This document shows positions 9,412-18,507 of a stretch of DNA of 64,000 bases, piece by piece. The notes under the pieces were generated by a model. It was not told the DNA's origin, made no database searches, and saw nothing but the letters and a program-made list of their open reading frames with translations. The first letter of the stretch is position 1. Every line of letters starts with the position of its first letter. A program made the translations under genes and the position numbers. The stretch is from an uncultured Methanosarcinales archaeon (lineage in GTDB: Archaea > Nanobdellota > Nanobdellia > Woesearchaeales > GW2011-AR4), in NCBI GenBank assembly GCA_964650285.1, contig CAZYSP010000001.1, forward strand, positions 13,169 through 77,168, given 5' to 3'.

Positions 9412-10086
9412 ATGAAAAAGACAATTATAATGTCTTTAGGAGGATCGGTTATAGTTCCATACAATATAGATATAAAATTCCTGAAGGATTTTAAAAAAAT
9501 CATTGAAAAGTTTGTTAAGAAAGGTTTTAGGTTTGTTATATATTGCGGTGGTGGAAAAATAGCAAGAGATTATCAGAAAGCAGCTTTTAAGTTTAAGGTT
9601 AATAATAAAGATTTGGACTGGTTAGGGATACATGCAACAATATTAAATGCAAATTTTGTAAAAATATTATTTGGAAATCTTGCAGAAAACATTATAATTA
9701 AAGATCCGACAAAAAAAATTAAATTTAATAAAAAAATTATATTAGCAGGAGGATGGAAACCTGGCTGGTCAACAGATTATGATGCTGTTTTATTGGCAAA
9801 GAACCTTAAAGTTGATACAATAATAAATATGAGCGATATTGCTTATGTTTATGACAAAGATCCTAAAAAATATTTAAATACAAAGAGAATTAAAAATATT
9901 TGTTGGAGACATTATAGAAAAATTGCTGGAAACAAATGGAAAGCCGGCTTAAACAAGCCTTTTGGTCCTGTTGCTGCAAAAGAAGCTGAGGAATTAGGTT
10001 TAAAAGTTATGATTGTTGGGAAGAATTTGAGAAATTTTGAGAATTTATTAGGTAATAGGAAATTTAAAGGAACAATAATTAATTAA
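9412..10086 (+). CDS. pyrH: Uridylate (UMP) kinase, archaeal type
   Basis: Amino-acid-kinase fold. 'SLGGSVIVP', 'VIYCGGGKIARDY' and 'GGWKPGWSTDYDAVLLA' match the archaeal UMPK pattern (GGSVL.P, GGG.AR, PG.TTD..A.LLA). Confidence 0.75.
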   Translation: MKKTIIMSLGGSVIVPYNIDIKFLKDFKKIIEKFVKKGFRFVIYCGGGKIARDYQKAAFKFKVNNKDLDWLGIHATILNANFVKILFGNLAENIIIKDPTKKIKFNKKIILAGGWKPGWSTDYDAVLLAKNLKVDTIINMSDIAYVYDKDPKKYLNTKRIKNICWRHYRKIAGNKWKAGLNKPFGPVAAKEAEELGLKVMIVGKNLRNFENLLGNRKFKGTIIN

Positions 10087-10399
10087 AAACAATAAAAACT
10101 AATTAACAATAATTACAGTAAATAATAATAAAAAATAATGAAATAAAATGGAAGAAGAGTATAATTGGAAAGCTATCTTAATAGGGGCGATACCTGTTTC
10201 TATAGTTATGGCTATACTTTATTATTCTAATATTGCCAGAGGAGTTATAAACTTTATTTGATAATTGGAATTTTAATTGCAATGGGCATAACATATTATT
10301 TTGACAAGAAAAAGCACAATATTTTTACATCTGCATTTGTAGTTCTTATTGTTGCTTTGATAGTTTATGGGCTGAAAATCTATGGTCTTCTTTAGATAA

Positions 10400-10532
10400 C
10401 GGGCTGTGCCAGAGCGAACTTAAGCCAAAATACTAATTTTAATATAAGATTTTTACATACTTTTGCCCACCCCACCTCCCCGTGAATTGCGAGCGACTCG
10501 CAGTCGCTCGTCGCGTTCACTAGGCGCAGCCC
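10400..10532. mobile_element. 133-nt intergenic element 'A' (cGGGCTGTGCC ... GGCGCAGCCC): 10-nt terminal inverted complement, 7-bp flanking direct repeat TAGATAA; MITE-like or structured ncRNA
   Basis: Termini GGGCTGTGCC (10401-10410) and GGCGCAGCCC (10523-10532) are fully complementary, including one G·U pair. TAGATAA sits at 10393-10399 and 10533-10539. An internal GC hairpin is at about 10484-10510. Its 5' 30 nt and a C-rich 3' block match element B at 53212..53352. Confidence 0.55.
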
Positions 10533-11065
10533 TAGATAAAATCACTTATCTTGTGCTTTATTTCTTCATGCCAGAGCCATGCTAATAATATTATTGCATC
10601 AATTCCTGCAAAAAAATTACGACTAACATTTTGCAACAAATTTAATCCATATGTTGTATTAGAAAATGGATAAAAGAACATTATTCCGTAACCTGCAAAT
10701 AGGAAATCAAGGGATATATGAAATAAAATTCCAAAACATACAACAAAAAAATACATAGCTTCTTTATGTTTTTTATTATGCCATAGAATAAGTCCAGGAA
10801 TTAAAAAAATTAATGCAAATAAGGGTGTATGTGTAATAGTTCCATGACCTATGCTTAACCCAAAAAAGTTAAGAAACCAGTTTAATGGTAGGTCTATATC
10901 AGGCAATAAACCAGCTAAACCAGCAATAAAAATAGTATGCAAAGTAAAGTACTTCTTATGCTTTGCAAAATAATCCCTATAAAGATCAACTAAAATTATT
11001 GCTAATAAAACATGGGTTACTGCAAAGGACATGCTTAAAAAATCCTCCGTATTTTTTGGCACCAC
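10532..11065 (-). CDS. Membrane-bound metal-dependent hydrolase (YdjM/DUF457-like)
   Basis: A multi-TM protein with His/Asp motifs ('HVLLAII','HGTITHTPLF','HISLDFLF'). The first base of its TAG stop is the last base of element A. Confidence 0.45.
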   Translation of the reverse strand: MVPKNTEDFLSMSFAVTHVLLAIILVDLYRDYFAKHKKYFTLHTIFIAGLAGLLPDIDLPLNWFLNFFGLSIGHGTITHTPLFALIFLIPGLILWHNKKHKEAMYFFVVCFGILFHISLDFLFAGYGIMFFYPFSNTTYGLNLLQNVSRNFFAGIDAIILLAWLWHEEIKHKISDFI

Positions 11066-11075
11066 TAAAGTGGTT

Positions 11076-11426
11076 TTACTTTGACAACTGCTTCAATATC
11101 CCCTTCAAAGTCTTTTTTCCCTTGCTGCTTAATTCCTTGCCTATTGACCTTAGACTTTTCTTTACTTTTTTAAGCGGAATTTTGGATACACCTCCCAATT
11201 TTCCTGCTATTCTTTTTGCCTCATTCTCTGCAAGCTTTCTTATCCTATTACTCTCACTAAGAGCTTCTTTTTTAACCTTCTTTAGCATTTCTTTACTTTC
11301 TTTTACTGTCACTGCATTTCTTTTTACCAGCTCTTTTACAATTTTTTCTGTCTGATTCTTTGTTAAAGTTGCTGCTCCTAGACCGAGCAGAAAGCTTTTT
11401 TTTATTATTTCTTTCATCCATATCAC
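11076..11426 (-). CDS. Hypothetical K/E-rich coiled-coil protein (phasin-like)
   Basis: 116 aa, highly charged and helical. A weak resemblance to phasin/PHA-granule-associated proteins. Confidence 0.3.
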   Translation of the reverse strand: MIWMKEIIKKSFLLGLGAATLTKNQTEKIVKELVKRNAVTVKESKEMLKKVKKEALSESNRIRKLAENEAKRIAGKLGGVSKIPLKKVKKSLRSIGKELSSKGKKTLKGILKQLSK

Positions 11427-11436
11427 CTCATATTAT

Positions 11437-13110
11437 TTATTTTACAATGTTTTTTTCCCTTAAGATTGAAAATAATAAGATTAATGATAAAATCAAAGCC
11501 ACTAAAAAACTTAAAAGGGGAATTGACGGAACATTTAGAAAAACTGGATCTCCAAAATTGATTGTTAAAGCTGCGACAATGAGCAAAGCTGCTATTAGCA
11601 TGCTGTAAGTGACCCTGTTGCTGGATTTGTCTATTTCCAAAGAGAGTTTTTTTATGTCTGTGTCTTCTATGTCTACCTTAATTGTGCCTTTCTCTATCCT
11701 GTTTAGTGCTTTTGATGTCCTGTCTGGAAATTCTTCTGCAAACTTCTTGAATTTGAATATATCTTTCATAAAGTTGTTGAATACATATACTGGATTGTAT
11801 CTTTGTCTTATCAACCTCTCTATAAAAGGCCTTGAACTTTCAATTATCTTGAATTTGGGGTCATACTCAAGGGCAATACCTTCCAACGTTATAACAGTTT
11901 TTCCGAACAAAACAAATGGCATGGGTATTTTTAATCCGTAGTTTAAGGATAAACTCATAATTTCCTCAAGAGTGTAGCTTACCTTTACATTATTTATATC
12001 TCCATATTGCAGAGACTCTAATACATCGCTGATTTCATATTTTAATTCGGCTCTGTTCTCTATAGCAGTGTCGCTTAACTCAATTAATGTATTTACTATC
12101 TTCTCGGCGTTGTTTTCAATGACTCCAGAGAACAAATCTATTGACTTTGCTTTTAAATTTTCATCAAAATGACCAACTATGCCAAAATCAACAAATGCAA
12201 TTTTCTTATCATTGGTAATGATAATATTCCCAGGATGGGGATCTGCATGAAAGAAGCCGTGTATAAAAACCTGGGTTAAGATTGCTTCAAATCCCTTATC
12301 TATTAGCGGCCTTATGTTTATTTTTTTCTGTTTTATTTGTTTTATATTATGCAATTCTATGCCATCTATGAATTCCATTGTTAAAATCTTGTCTGTTGTA
12401 AAGTCATTGTATATTTTGGGTATTTTTATTGTCTTGTCTCTTGAGAAATTCTTTGCGAATCTTTTTGCATTAACTGCTTCTTTCTTAAAATCAAGCTCTT
12501 TTTCAGTCCATTTTGCAAATTCTGCAATTATTTGCACAGGGTTAAATTTTTTTATCTTTGGAATGTGTTTTTCCAGCAATTTCGCGACATAAAACATAAT
12601 TTCAGTATCAGTTTCCATTATTTCCCTTACATTAGGACGCTGTATTTTTACTGCTACTTTTTTATTATTTTTTAGAATAGCTTTATGCACCTGGCTTATG
12701 GAAGCAGAGGCAATAGGCTTTTTTTCAAAATTTAAGAATATTTCATTTATATCTTTTCCAAGCTCTTTTTTTATCTGTTGTTTTGCAATTGCATAAGGGA
12801 ATGGAGGAACTCTGTCCTGTAATTTTTCCAGCTCCTTAATGTAGCTTTTTGGGATTAAGTCTGGCCTTACACTCAAAACCTGTCCAAATTTGATAAAAGT
12901 TGGTCCTAAGCGCTCTAAAGTAAGCCTTAATCTTTTTTCTATAGAAAACTTTTTTTTCTTTTCAATTCTTGCTTTAAGTCTTTTTGTCAGAGGAACCTTA
13001 TGCTTAAGCCTTATTTTAGCAATCAAGAAATCAAATCCTTCCTCAAACAGGACTGTAAGTATTTCCCTAAACCTGTTTATATCTCTTACCTCTTTTATTA
13101 TTTTAAACAT
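11437..13110 (-). CDS. ABC1/UbiB-family atypical protein kinase
   Basis: 'ASASISQVHKA','AVKIQRPNV','HADPHPGNI','AFVDFG' are typical ABC1/AarF kinase motifs. C-terminal TM helices. Confidence 0.85.
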   Translation of the reverse strand: MFKIIKEVRDINRFREILTVLFEEGFDFLIAKIRLKHKVPLTKRLKARIEKKKKFSIEKRLRLTLERLGPTFIKFGQVLSVRPDLIPKSYIKELEKLQDRVPPFPYAIAKQQIKKELGKDINEIFLNFEKKPIASASISQVHKAILKNNKKVAVKIQRPNVREIMETDTEIMFYVAKLLEKHIPKIKKFNPVQIIAEFAKWTEKELDFKKEAVNAKRFAKNFSRDKTIKIPKIYNDFTTDKILTMEFIDGIELHNIKQIKQKKINIRPLIDKGFEAILTQVFIHGFFHADPHPGNIIITNDKKIAFVDFGIVGHFDENLKAKSIDLFSGVIENNAEKIVNTLIELSDTAIENRAELKYEISDVLESLQYGDINNVKVSYTLEEIMSLSLNYGLKIPMPFVLFGKTVITLEGIALEYDPKFKIIESSRPFIERLIRQRYNPVYVFNNFMKDIFKFKKFAEEFPDRTSKALNRIEKGTIKVDIEDTDIKKLSLEIDKSSNRVTYSMLIAALLIVAALTINFGDPVFLNVPSIPLLSFLVALILSLILLFSILREKNIVK

Positions 13111-13175
13111 AAGTTAATTGTTTGCGAGGTTGTTTATATATTTTATTGAAATGGTCTTTTTTGCTCTTATCAATT

Positions 13176-13478
13176 TTACTTAACTTCTTCATTAACCCAT
13201 TTGTCATAAGTTTCATTTGCTTCTGCATTGATTTTAATGATACATGGTATTTTGTAGCTATGAATTTTCTTTACTTCTTCCTTGATTTTTTTATAGTTTT
13301 TTTCTTTTGTCTTCGCTATTATTACAAATTCCCTTTCATCCGCTATCTTCTTATTCCACCAATACATGCTCCTGACAGGGTGTATATTTGAGCAGGCAAT
13401 TAGTTTTTTATTTAGCAAATGTTTTGAAATTTTTACTGCTTCTTGCTCATCTTTGCATGTTATATAGATAAGGATCAT
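13176..13478 (-). CDS. cutA: Divalent-cation tolerance protein CutA
   Basis: A 100-aa CutA1-fold pattern ('MILIYITCKDEQEA...LIACSNI...YWW...IIKI'). Confidence 0.7.
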   Translation of the reverse strand: MILIYITCKDEQEAVKISKHLLNKKLIACSNIHPVRSMYWWNKKIADEREFVIIAKTKEKNYKKIKEEVKKIHSYKIPCIIKINAEANETYDKWVNEEVK

Positions 13479-13594
13479 TTTTCCATCAATTATTTTACAT
13501 TTGCCATTATATTATATATTTATTTCTATTTTGTTATTTTTATTCCTAATTTAAAAGGTAAATATTTAAAAGTTAATGCTGATTTTCCCTTATT

Positions 13595-14551
13595 ATGGCC
13601 AAATTCATCTTTTCGAATATAATTGGAAGCTTTGTCTTTAATGATAATTATAAGCTTGTGGATGGGTTGCTGTTCAAGGATATTGAGCAGTATAAGGATA
13701 AAAAGAAATATGAGGAAAAATTAAGGCAGAAACATAATGATTTGAAAACACCAACAGATGAGGATTTATACAATATATTAATGTTCTTTAAAGACAAGAA
13801 ATATTATCCTCAATTTTATAAAAAGAATGTGGAGATTACCAGGAATTCTGTCAAAGAATCTGTAAATAATGATGCTTTGATAATGCAGACAATAAACAGC
13901 ATCGAGGAGATTGATAAAACAATTAATTTGCTTACAAAAAGATTAAGGGAATGGTATTCATTGTATAATCCTGAAATTTCAAATAAGATTGAGGACCATG
14001 AAAAGTTTGTTTCTGCAATAATAAAAAACTCGAAGAAGCAATTATTGAAAGAACTAAATATTGATGAAAACAATTCTATGGGTGCAAATTTAAAGGAAAA
14101 AGATGTTTCTTCTATTTTATTGTTGGCAACCCAGATAAATAATTTTTACAAATCAAAGAAACACTATGAAGATTACCTTAAAGAATTAGAAAAAATAACA
14201 TGCCCTAATTTTGCTACAATTGCCGGTGTAACAATTGCTGCAAAATTAATAAGCCATGCCGGGAGTTTGAGAAGATTAGTAGAGATGCCAGCTTCTACAA
14301 TACAAATTCTTGGAGCAGAAAAAGCTTTGTTTAGGCATATGAGGAACAAAAGAAGAAATTTACCTCCTAAATACGGAATTTTGCATGAGCACCAGTTAAT
14401 ACAGAAATCAAAGGAAAAAATGCATGGCAAGGTTGCAAGGGCTTTGGCTGATAAATTAGGTATTGCTGTTAAGGTTGATTATTTCAAAGGGAAATTTATT
14501 GGGGACAAGTTAAAGAAAGGGTTGGTAAATAAATTTAAAATCCAATATTAG
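13595..14551 (+). CDS. nop5: C/D box snoRNP protein Nop5/Nop56
   Basis: NOP domain 'ATIAGVTIAAKLISHAGSLRRLVEMPASTIQILGAEKALFRH'. Upstream of fibrillarin, the conserved archaeal operon. Confidence 0.85.
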   Translation: MAKFIFSNIIGSFVFNDNYKLVDGLLFKDIEQYKDKKKYEEKLRQKHNDLKTPTDEDLYNILMFFKDKKYYPQFYKKNVEITRNSVKESVNNDALIMQTINSIEEIDKTINLLTKRLREWYSLYNPEISNKIEDHEKFVSAIIKNSKKQLLKELNIDENNSMGANLKEKDVSSILLLATQINNFYKSKKHYEDYLKELEKITCPNFATIAGVTIAAKLISHAGSLRRLVEMPASTIQILGAEKALFRHMRNKRRNLPPKYGILHEHQLIQKSKEKMHGKVARALADKLGIAVKVDYFKGKFIGDKLKKGLVNKFKIQY

Positions 14552-14720
14552 TGATAAGTACAATGATTAAAACTAATTAATTCAAAAATAAATTCGATAA
14601 AAAATAAAATAATATTAAAAAATAAAACTCCAATAAATGAAAAATACAATAATAAAAAACAATATCAATAAAAAAATAAATAAAATAATAATTAATAAAA
14701 AATAATAAAATAATATAAAA
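14552..14720 (+). repeat. AT-rich modular intergenic repeat (family M-a/M-b copy)
   Basis: Shares 'GTACAAT...' and 'AAAAATACAATAATAAAAAACAATATCAATAAAAAAATAAATAAAATAATAATTAAT' blocks with 18508..18668, 28346..28443 and 60784..60908. It abuts the fibrillarin ATG. Confidence 0.5.
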
Positions 14721-15389
14721 ATGATAACAAAATCAAAAATATTTGAGGTTTATGAGGATAGGGCAAGGAAGAATCTCTACACGCTAAATTTAACTCCTGG
14801 AAAAAGGGTTTATGATGAGCAGCTGGTTAGGCAGAATAATATTGAGTATAGGGAATGGGATGCTTATAGCAGCAAACTTGCAGCTGTAATCCTGAATAAA
14901 TGTAACAATATTTTTTTAAGAAAAGGGGATGTTGTTTTATATCTTGGAAGTGCTTCCGGAACTACTGTAAGCCATGTTTCTGATATTGTAGGGAAAGATG
15001 GTTTTGTTTTTGCTGTTGATGTTGCTCCAAGAGTAATGAGGGATTTGATTTTTAATTGCGGAGCAAGGAAAAATATTAGTCCTATATTAGCTAATGCAAA
15101 CCATACAAAAGAAATGATAGAGAGAGTAAGCATGGTTGATGTGGTTTACCAGGATGTCGCGCAGAAAGACCAGGTTGATATTTTGCTAAAAAATATGAAG
15201 ATGTTTTTGAAAAAAGACGGTTACGCAATAATTGCGATAAAGGCAAGAAGCATTGATGTTACCGGGCATCCAAAACAGATTTTTAGAGAAGTTATGGAAA
15301 AATTAGAAAAAGAACTTATAGTAGTAGACTACAAGATCCTTGAGCCATACCAAAAAGACCATGCAATGTTTATATGCAAGAATAAGTGA
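14721..15389 (+). CDS. flpA: Fibrillarin (rRNA/tRNA 2'-O-methyltransferase)
   Basis: SAM-MTase motif 'VLYLGSASGTTVSHVSDIV' and the overall fibrillarin pattern. Paired with nop5. Confidence 0.9.
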   Translation: MITKSKIFEVYEDRARKNLYTLNLTPGKRVYDEQLVRQNNIEYREWDAYSSKLAAVILNKCNNIFLRKGDVVLYLGSASGTTVSHVSDIVGKDGFVFAVDVAPRVMRDLIFNCGARKNISPILANANHTKEMIERVSMVDVVYQDVAQKDQVDILLKNMKMFLKKDGYAIIAIKARSIDVTGHPKQIFREVMEKLEKELIVVDYKILEPYQKDHAMFICKNK

Positions 15390-15393
15390 AAAA

Positions 15394-16047
15394 ATGCCAA
15401 AAATTAAAATTGTTCCATCAATATTGTCTGCAAACTTAGATAGATTAAAAGAAGAGATGGAAGAAGTAGAAGATTATTCTGATTGGTTCCAGGTTGATGT
15501 TATGGACAACAAATTTGTTCCCAATATAACTCCGCAAGCTGAACTTTTGAAGGAAATTGATACAAAAGTTCCTCTTGATATTCATTTAATGGTGCAGGAG
15601 CCAAGTGAAGAGTACATCAAAAGCTTTATTGATGCAAATCCGAATCTGAAGATTAATAATATAACTGTGCATCAGGAGGCTTGCAGCAATCTTGGAAAAA
15701 CACTGGAATTTATTAAAAATAATAATATTAAGGCTGCAGTTGCAATAAATCCAAAAACACCATTGGATGCTATAAAAGATGTTCTGGATAAAGTTGATAT
15801 GGTATTGATTATGACTGTTGTTCCTGGATTTTCAGGGCAGAAGTTTATTGAGGATGTTTTACCGAAAATATCACAATTGAGAAGCATGAAACCAGAACTT
15901 GATATAGAGGTTGATGGTGGAGTAAATGACAAGACAGCAAGATTAGCTGTAAAAGCAGGTGCAAATGTCCTGACTGTTAGCTCTTTTATATTCAAAAGTG
16001 AAAATAAAGTCAGGGCAATTAAAGATATTTTGAAGAATTTAAAATAA
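15394..16047 (+). CDS. rpe: Ribulose-phosphate 3-epimerase
   Basis: 'IVPSILSAN','QVDVMDNKFVPN','IHLMV','VDGGV'. The ORF track starts at 15340 and overlaps fibrillarin; the ATG at 15394 (MPKIKIV) is the likelier start. Confidence 0.8.
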   Translation: MPKIKIVPSILSANLDRLKEEMEEVEDYSDWFQVDVMDNKFVPNITPQAELLKEIDTKVPLDIHLMVQEPSEEYIKSFIDANPNLKINNITVHQEACSNLGKTLEFIKNNNIKAAVAINPKTPLDAIKDVLDKVDMVLIMTVVPGFSGQKFIEDVLPKISQLRSMKPELDIEVDGGVNDKTARLAVKAGANVLTVSSFIFKSENKVRAIKDILKNLK

Positions 16048-16048
16048 A

Positions 16049-16909
16049 ATGCTGTGGGTTCTTTATTCATTGTTGAGTGCATTCAGCCTGGCTACAGCAG
16101 ATGCATTTACAAAGAAAGTTCCTGATGTTGATGATTCTATTTTAATGTCAGCCAGATTTTTGTATGCTACTCCTTTAGCTTTATTATTGTTATTTTTTGT
16201 ATCTATGCCCAAATTAGATATGAGTTTTTGGCTTATATCATTACTTTTTATTCCACTTGAGGCCCTATTACAGGTGTTATACGTAAAAGCCATAAGAATT
16301 TCTCCTTTGTCTCTTGTTGTACCCCTAATGTCTTTAACTCCTGTTTTCCTGGTTTTTACAAGTTTTATTATGTTGGGGGAACTTCCAAGCATTATGGGGT
16401 TTTTTGGAATTTTAGTAGTGGTAGCTGGCGCCTATATTTTGAATTTTAAAGATTTTGGAAAAGGGATTTTAGAGCCTTTCAAAGCTATATTAAAAGAAAG
16501 GGGTTGTGTTTATATGTTAATTGCTGCCTTTTTGGCCAGTATTACCACCAATGTAGGCAAAATTCTGATCCAGAAATCGTCACCGTTGTTTTTTAGTATA
16601 GTATATCTGCCTTTATTTGCAATGGTGTTTTTAATAATAGCTTTTTTTACATCCAAAAAAAAGATAGTGCAATTAAAATCTAATTTTAAAGGCTTATTTC
16701 CTATTGGATTATTTTTTGGCTTAATGGTGATATTTCATAGTTTTGCTATAAGGCTAGTTATTGTACCATATATGATGTCAATAAAGAGGACAGGTTCCAT
16801 ATTTTCGGTTCTGTATGGGTGGCTTTTGTTTAAAGAGAAAAATATTATGGGGAGGGTTATTGGGACTGTGATTATGCTGATTGGAGCTGCTTTGATAATA
16901 TTGTTCTAA
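16049..16909 (+). CDS. EamA-family (DMT superfamily) 10-TM transporter
   Basis: 286 aa, about 10 TM helices, two EamA-like halves. Confidence 0.65.
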   Translation: MLWVLYSLLSAFSLATADAFTKKVPDVDDSILMSARFLYATPLALLLLFFVSMPKLDMSFWLISLLFIPLEALLQVLYVKAIRISPLSLVVPLMSLTPVFLVFTSFIMLGELPSIMGFFGILVVVAGAYILNFKDFGKGILEPFKAILKERGCVYMLIAAFLASITTNVGKILIQKSSPLFFSIVYLPLFAMVFLIIAFFTSKKKIVQLKSNFKGLFPIGLFFGLMVIFHSFAIRLVIVPYMMSIKRTGSIFSVLYGWLLFKEKNIMGRVIGTVIMLIGAALIILF

Positions 16910-16949
16910 AACAGAATATTTATATATAAACATTCTTAGGAATAGTTAT

Positions 16950-17255
16950 ATGTTCAATAAAAGAAAAGCACAAGGACTTTCTATTACTACAATTATAGTA
17001 GCTGTTATAGTTCTTATTGTTTTGGTTGTTATTGCTATAAGCACTTATCTTACTGAAAATTGGATATGCTGTGGAGCAACCCCCTTTTCCTCATGTGAAA
17101 ATTCTTGTGGACATTTTGCGATGGAAAACAGTAAGAATATTTATGTGAAATCTGATTGTGAAGATACCGAAGGCATTGAACGTCGATGGGTAGAAGCAAG
17201 AACTATTGATGTACCAGAAGGTGGGTGTTGCTGCGAGATAAACCAAGGAATATAG
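16950..17255 (+). CDS. Small Cys-rich secreted protein with an archaeal class-III (pilin-like) signal-peptide-like N-terminus
   Basis: 'MFNKRKAQG|LSITTIIVAVIVLIVLVVIAIS': a basic stretch, Gly, then a hydrophobic helix. The C-terminal 60 aa contain 9 Cys (CCG, C..C, C, CCCE). Confidence 0.3.
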   Translation: MFNKRKAQGLSITTIIVAVIVLIVLVVIAISTYLTENWICCGATPFSSCENSCGHFAMENSKNIYVKSDCEDTEGIERRWVEARTIDVPEGGCCCEINQGI

Positions 17256-17409
17256 ACAGTGAAAATCACCCAAAACAAAATGATATCCTCTTCCAACAAA
17301 AAATCATTTTTCGCAAATATTTATATAATAACTATACAGGTAAATAGAATATGAAAACATACTCGCTATCGTTCGTAGCTTTCATTTCGAATATCCATAA
17401 TAATTTAGG

Positions 17410-18507
17410 GTGTTTGAAATGAAAAAGATAATTGACCCATGGGGTAGTGGGTTACTTGAGGATTATGAGAAGATCATAAAGGACTTTGGCCTGGAAGTTT
17501 TTAATCCTAAGCTATTTCCAGAACCAAACAGGATAATGCGCCGGGGAGTAGTGTTTGCAGGCAGGGACTTAAAGATTATTTCTGATTGCATAAAAAATAA
17601 AAAGCCGTATTATGTGTTATCCGGGATAGTTCCATCTAATGATAAGATTCATTTTGGAAACAAGATGGTTGTTGAGGATATTAAGTATTTCCAGGAACAT
17701 GGTGCAGATACGTATATACTTATTGCAGATTTAGAGGCTGCATCTGCCAGGGGAATTTCCCTGGATGAAGCGAAAAAACGTGCTTTAGAATTCCATATCC
17801 CGGCTTATATTGCTTTAGGCCTGGATATCAAAAAAACTACATTCTATTTTCAATCTGAAAATAGGGAAGTCATGAATAATGCATATGAATTTGCAAAAAA
17901 AATAACCTATAATGAATTCAATGCTATATACGGGGGTGTAAATCCCGGAAAAATGATGGCTGCAATAGTGCAGGTAGCAGATATTTTATATCCTCAATTA
18001 AAAGAGAGAATGCCCGGGATAATTCCTGTTGGTATTGACCAAGATCCACATATCAGGTTGACAAGGGATGTTGTCAGAAGAGTAAAGGAAAAGAAATTCT
18101 TTTTGCCTTCCTCATTGTATAATAAATATACTCCTGCTTTGGATGGTTCCATTAAGATGAGCAAATCTAAACCAGAAAGCTGCATAGAGCTGCCAGAGGA
18201 TGTTAAAAATGTCGAGAAAAAAATCAAGAGAGCATTAAGCGGTGGTCGTGACACTCTGGAAGAGCACAGGAAGAAAGGTGCTATTATAGAGAAGGACATG
18301 GTTTTTGAGCTGATGAAACAGCATTTGGTTGAGGATGACAAAGAGCTTAATAAAATTTATAAAGATTATAAGTCCGGAAAAATGACTTCCGGAGAATTAA
18401 AGGAAATTGCATGTGATAAAATGGAGAAATTTATGAATAGTTTTGTTAAAGGTGTTGAGAAAGCAAGGAAGCAAATAGGAAGGCTAAAATTCGTTAAATT
18501 TAAATAA
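17410..18507 (+). CDS. trpS: Tryptophanyl-tRNA synthetase (class Ic)
   Basis: HIGH-like 'KIHFGN', 'GIDQDPHIRLTRDV' (the TrpRS-type GxDQ box), 'KMSKSKP'. Its 365-aa length fits archaeal TrpRS. Confidence 0.75.
   Translation: MFEMKKIIDPWGSGLLEDYEKIIKDFGLEVFNPKLFPEPNRIMRRGVVFAGRDLKIISDCIKNKKPYYVLSGIVPSNDKIHFGNKMVVEDIKYFQEHGADTYILIADLEAASARGISLDEAKKRALEFHIPAYIALGLDIKKTTFYFQSENREVMNNAYEFAKKITYNEFNAIYGGVNPGKMMAAIVQVADILYPQLKERMPGIIPVGIDQDPHIRLTRDVVRRVKEKKFFLPSSLYNKYTPALDGSIKMSKSKPESCIELPEDVKNVEKKIKRALSGGRDTLEEHRKKGAIIEKDMVFELMKQHLVEDDKELNKIYKDYKSGKMTSGELKEIACDKMEKFMNSFVKGVEKARKQIGRLKFVKFK

Noticed and set aside
10401-10532. Element A as an intron-containing or split tRNA
   Set aside because: A 7-bp acceptor-like terminal pairing exists but no D, anticodon or T arms can be formed, and the TTCACTAGG region is not a T-loop.
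13122-13391. 89-aa plus-strand ORF (F/I/L-rich)
   Set aside because: Antisense to cutA and the upstream spacer. Composition artefact.
15340-15393. Upstream start of rpe overlapping fibrillarin
   Set aside because: Rpe homology begins at MPKIKIVPSILSA (15394). The 18 extra codons overlap the flpA 3' end and are not conserved-looking.
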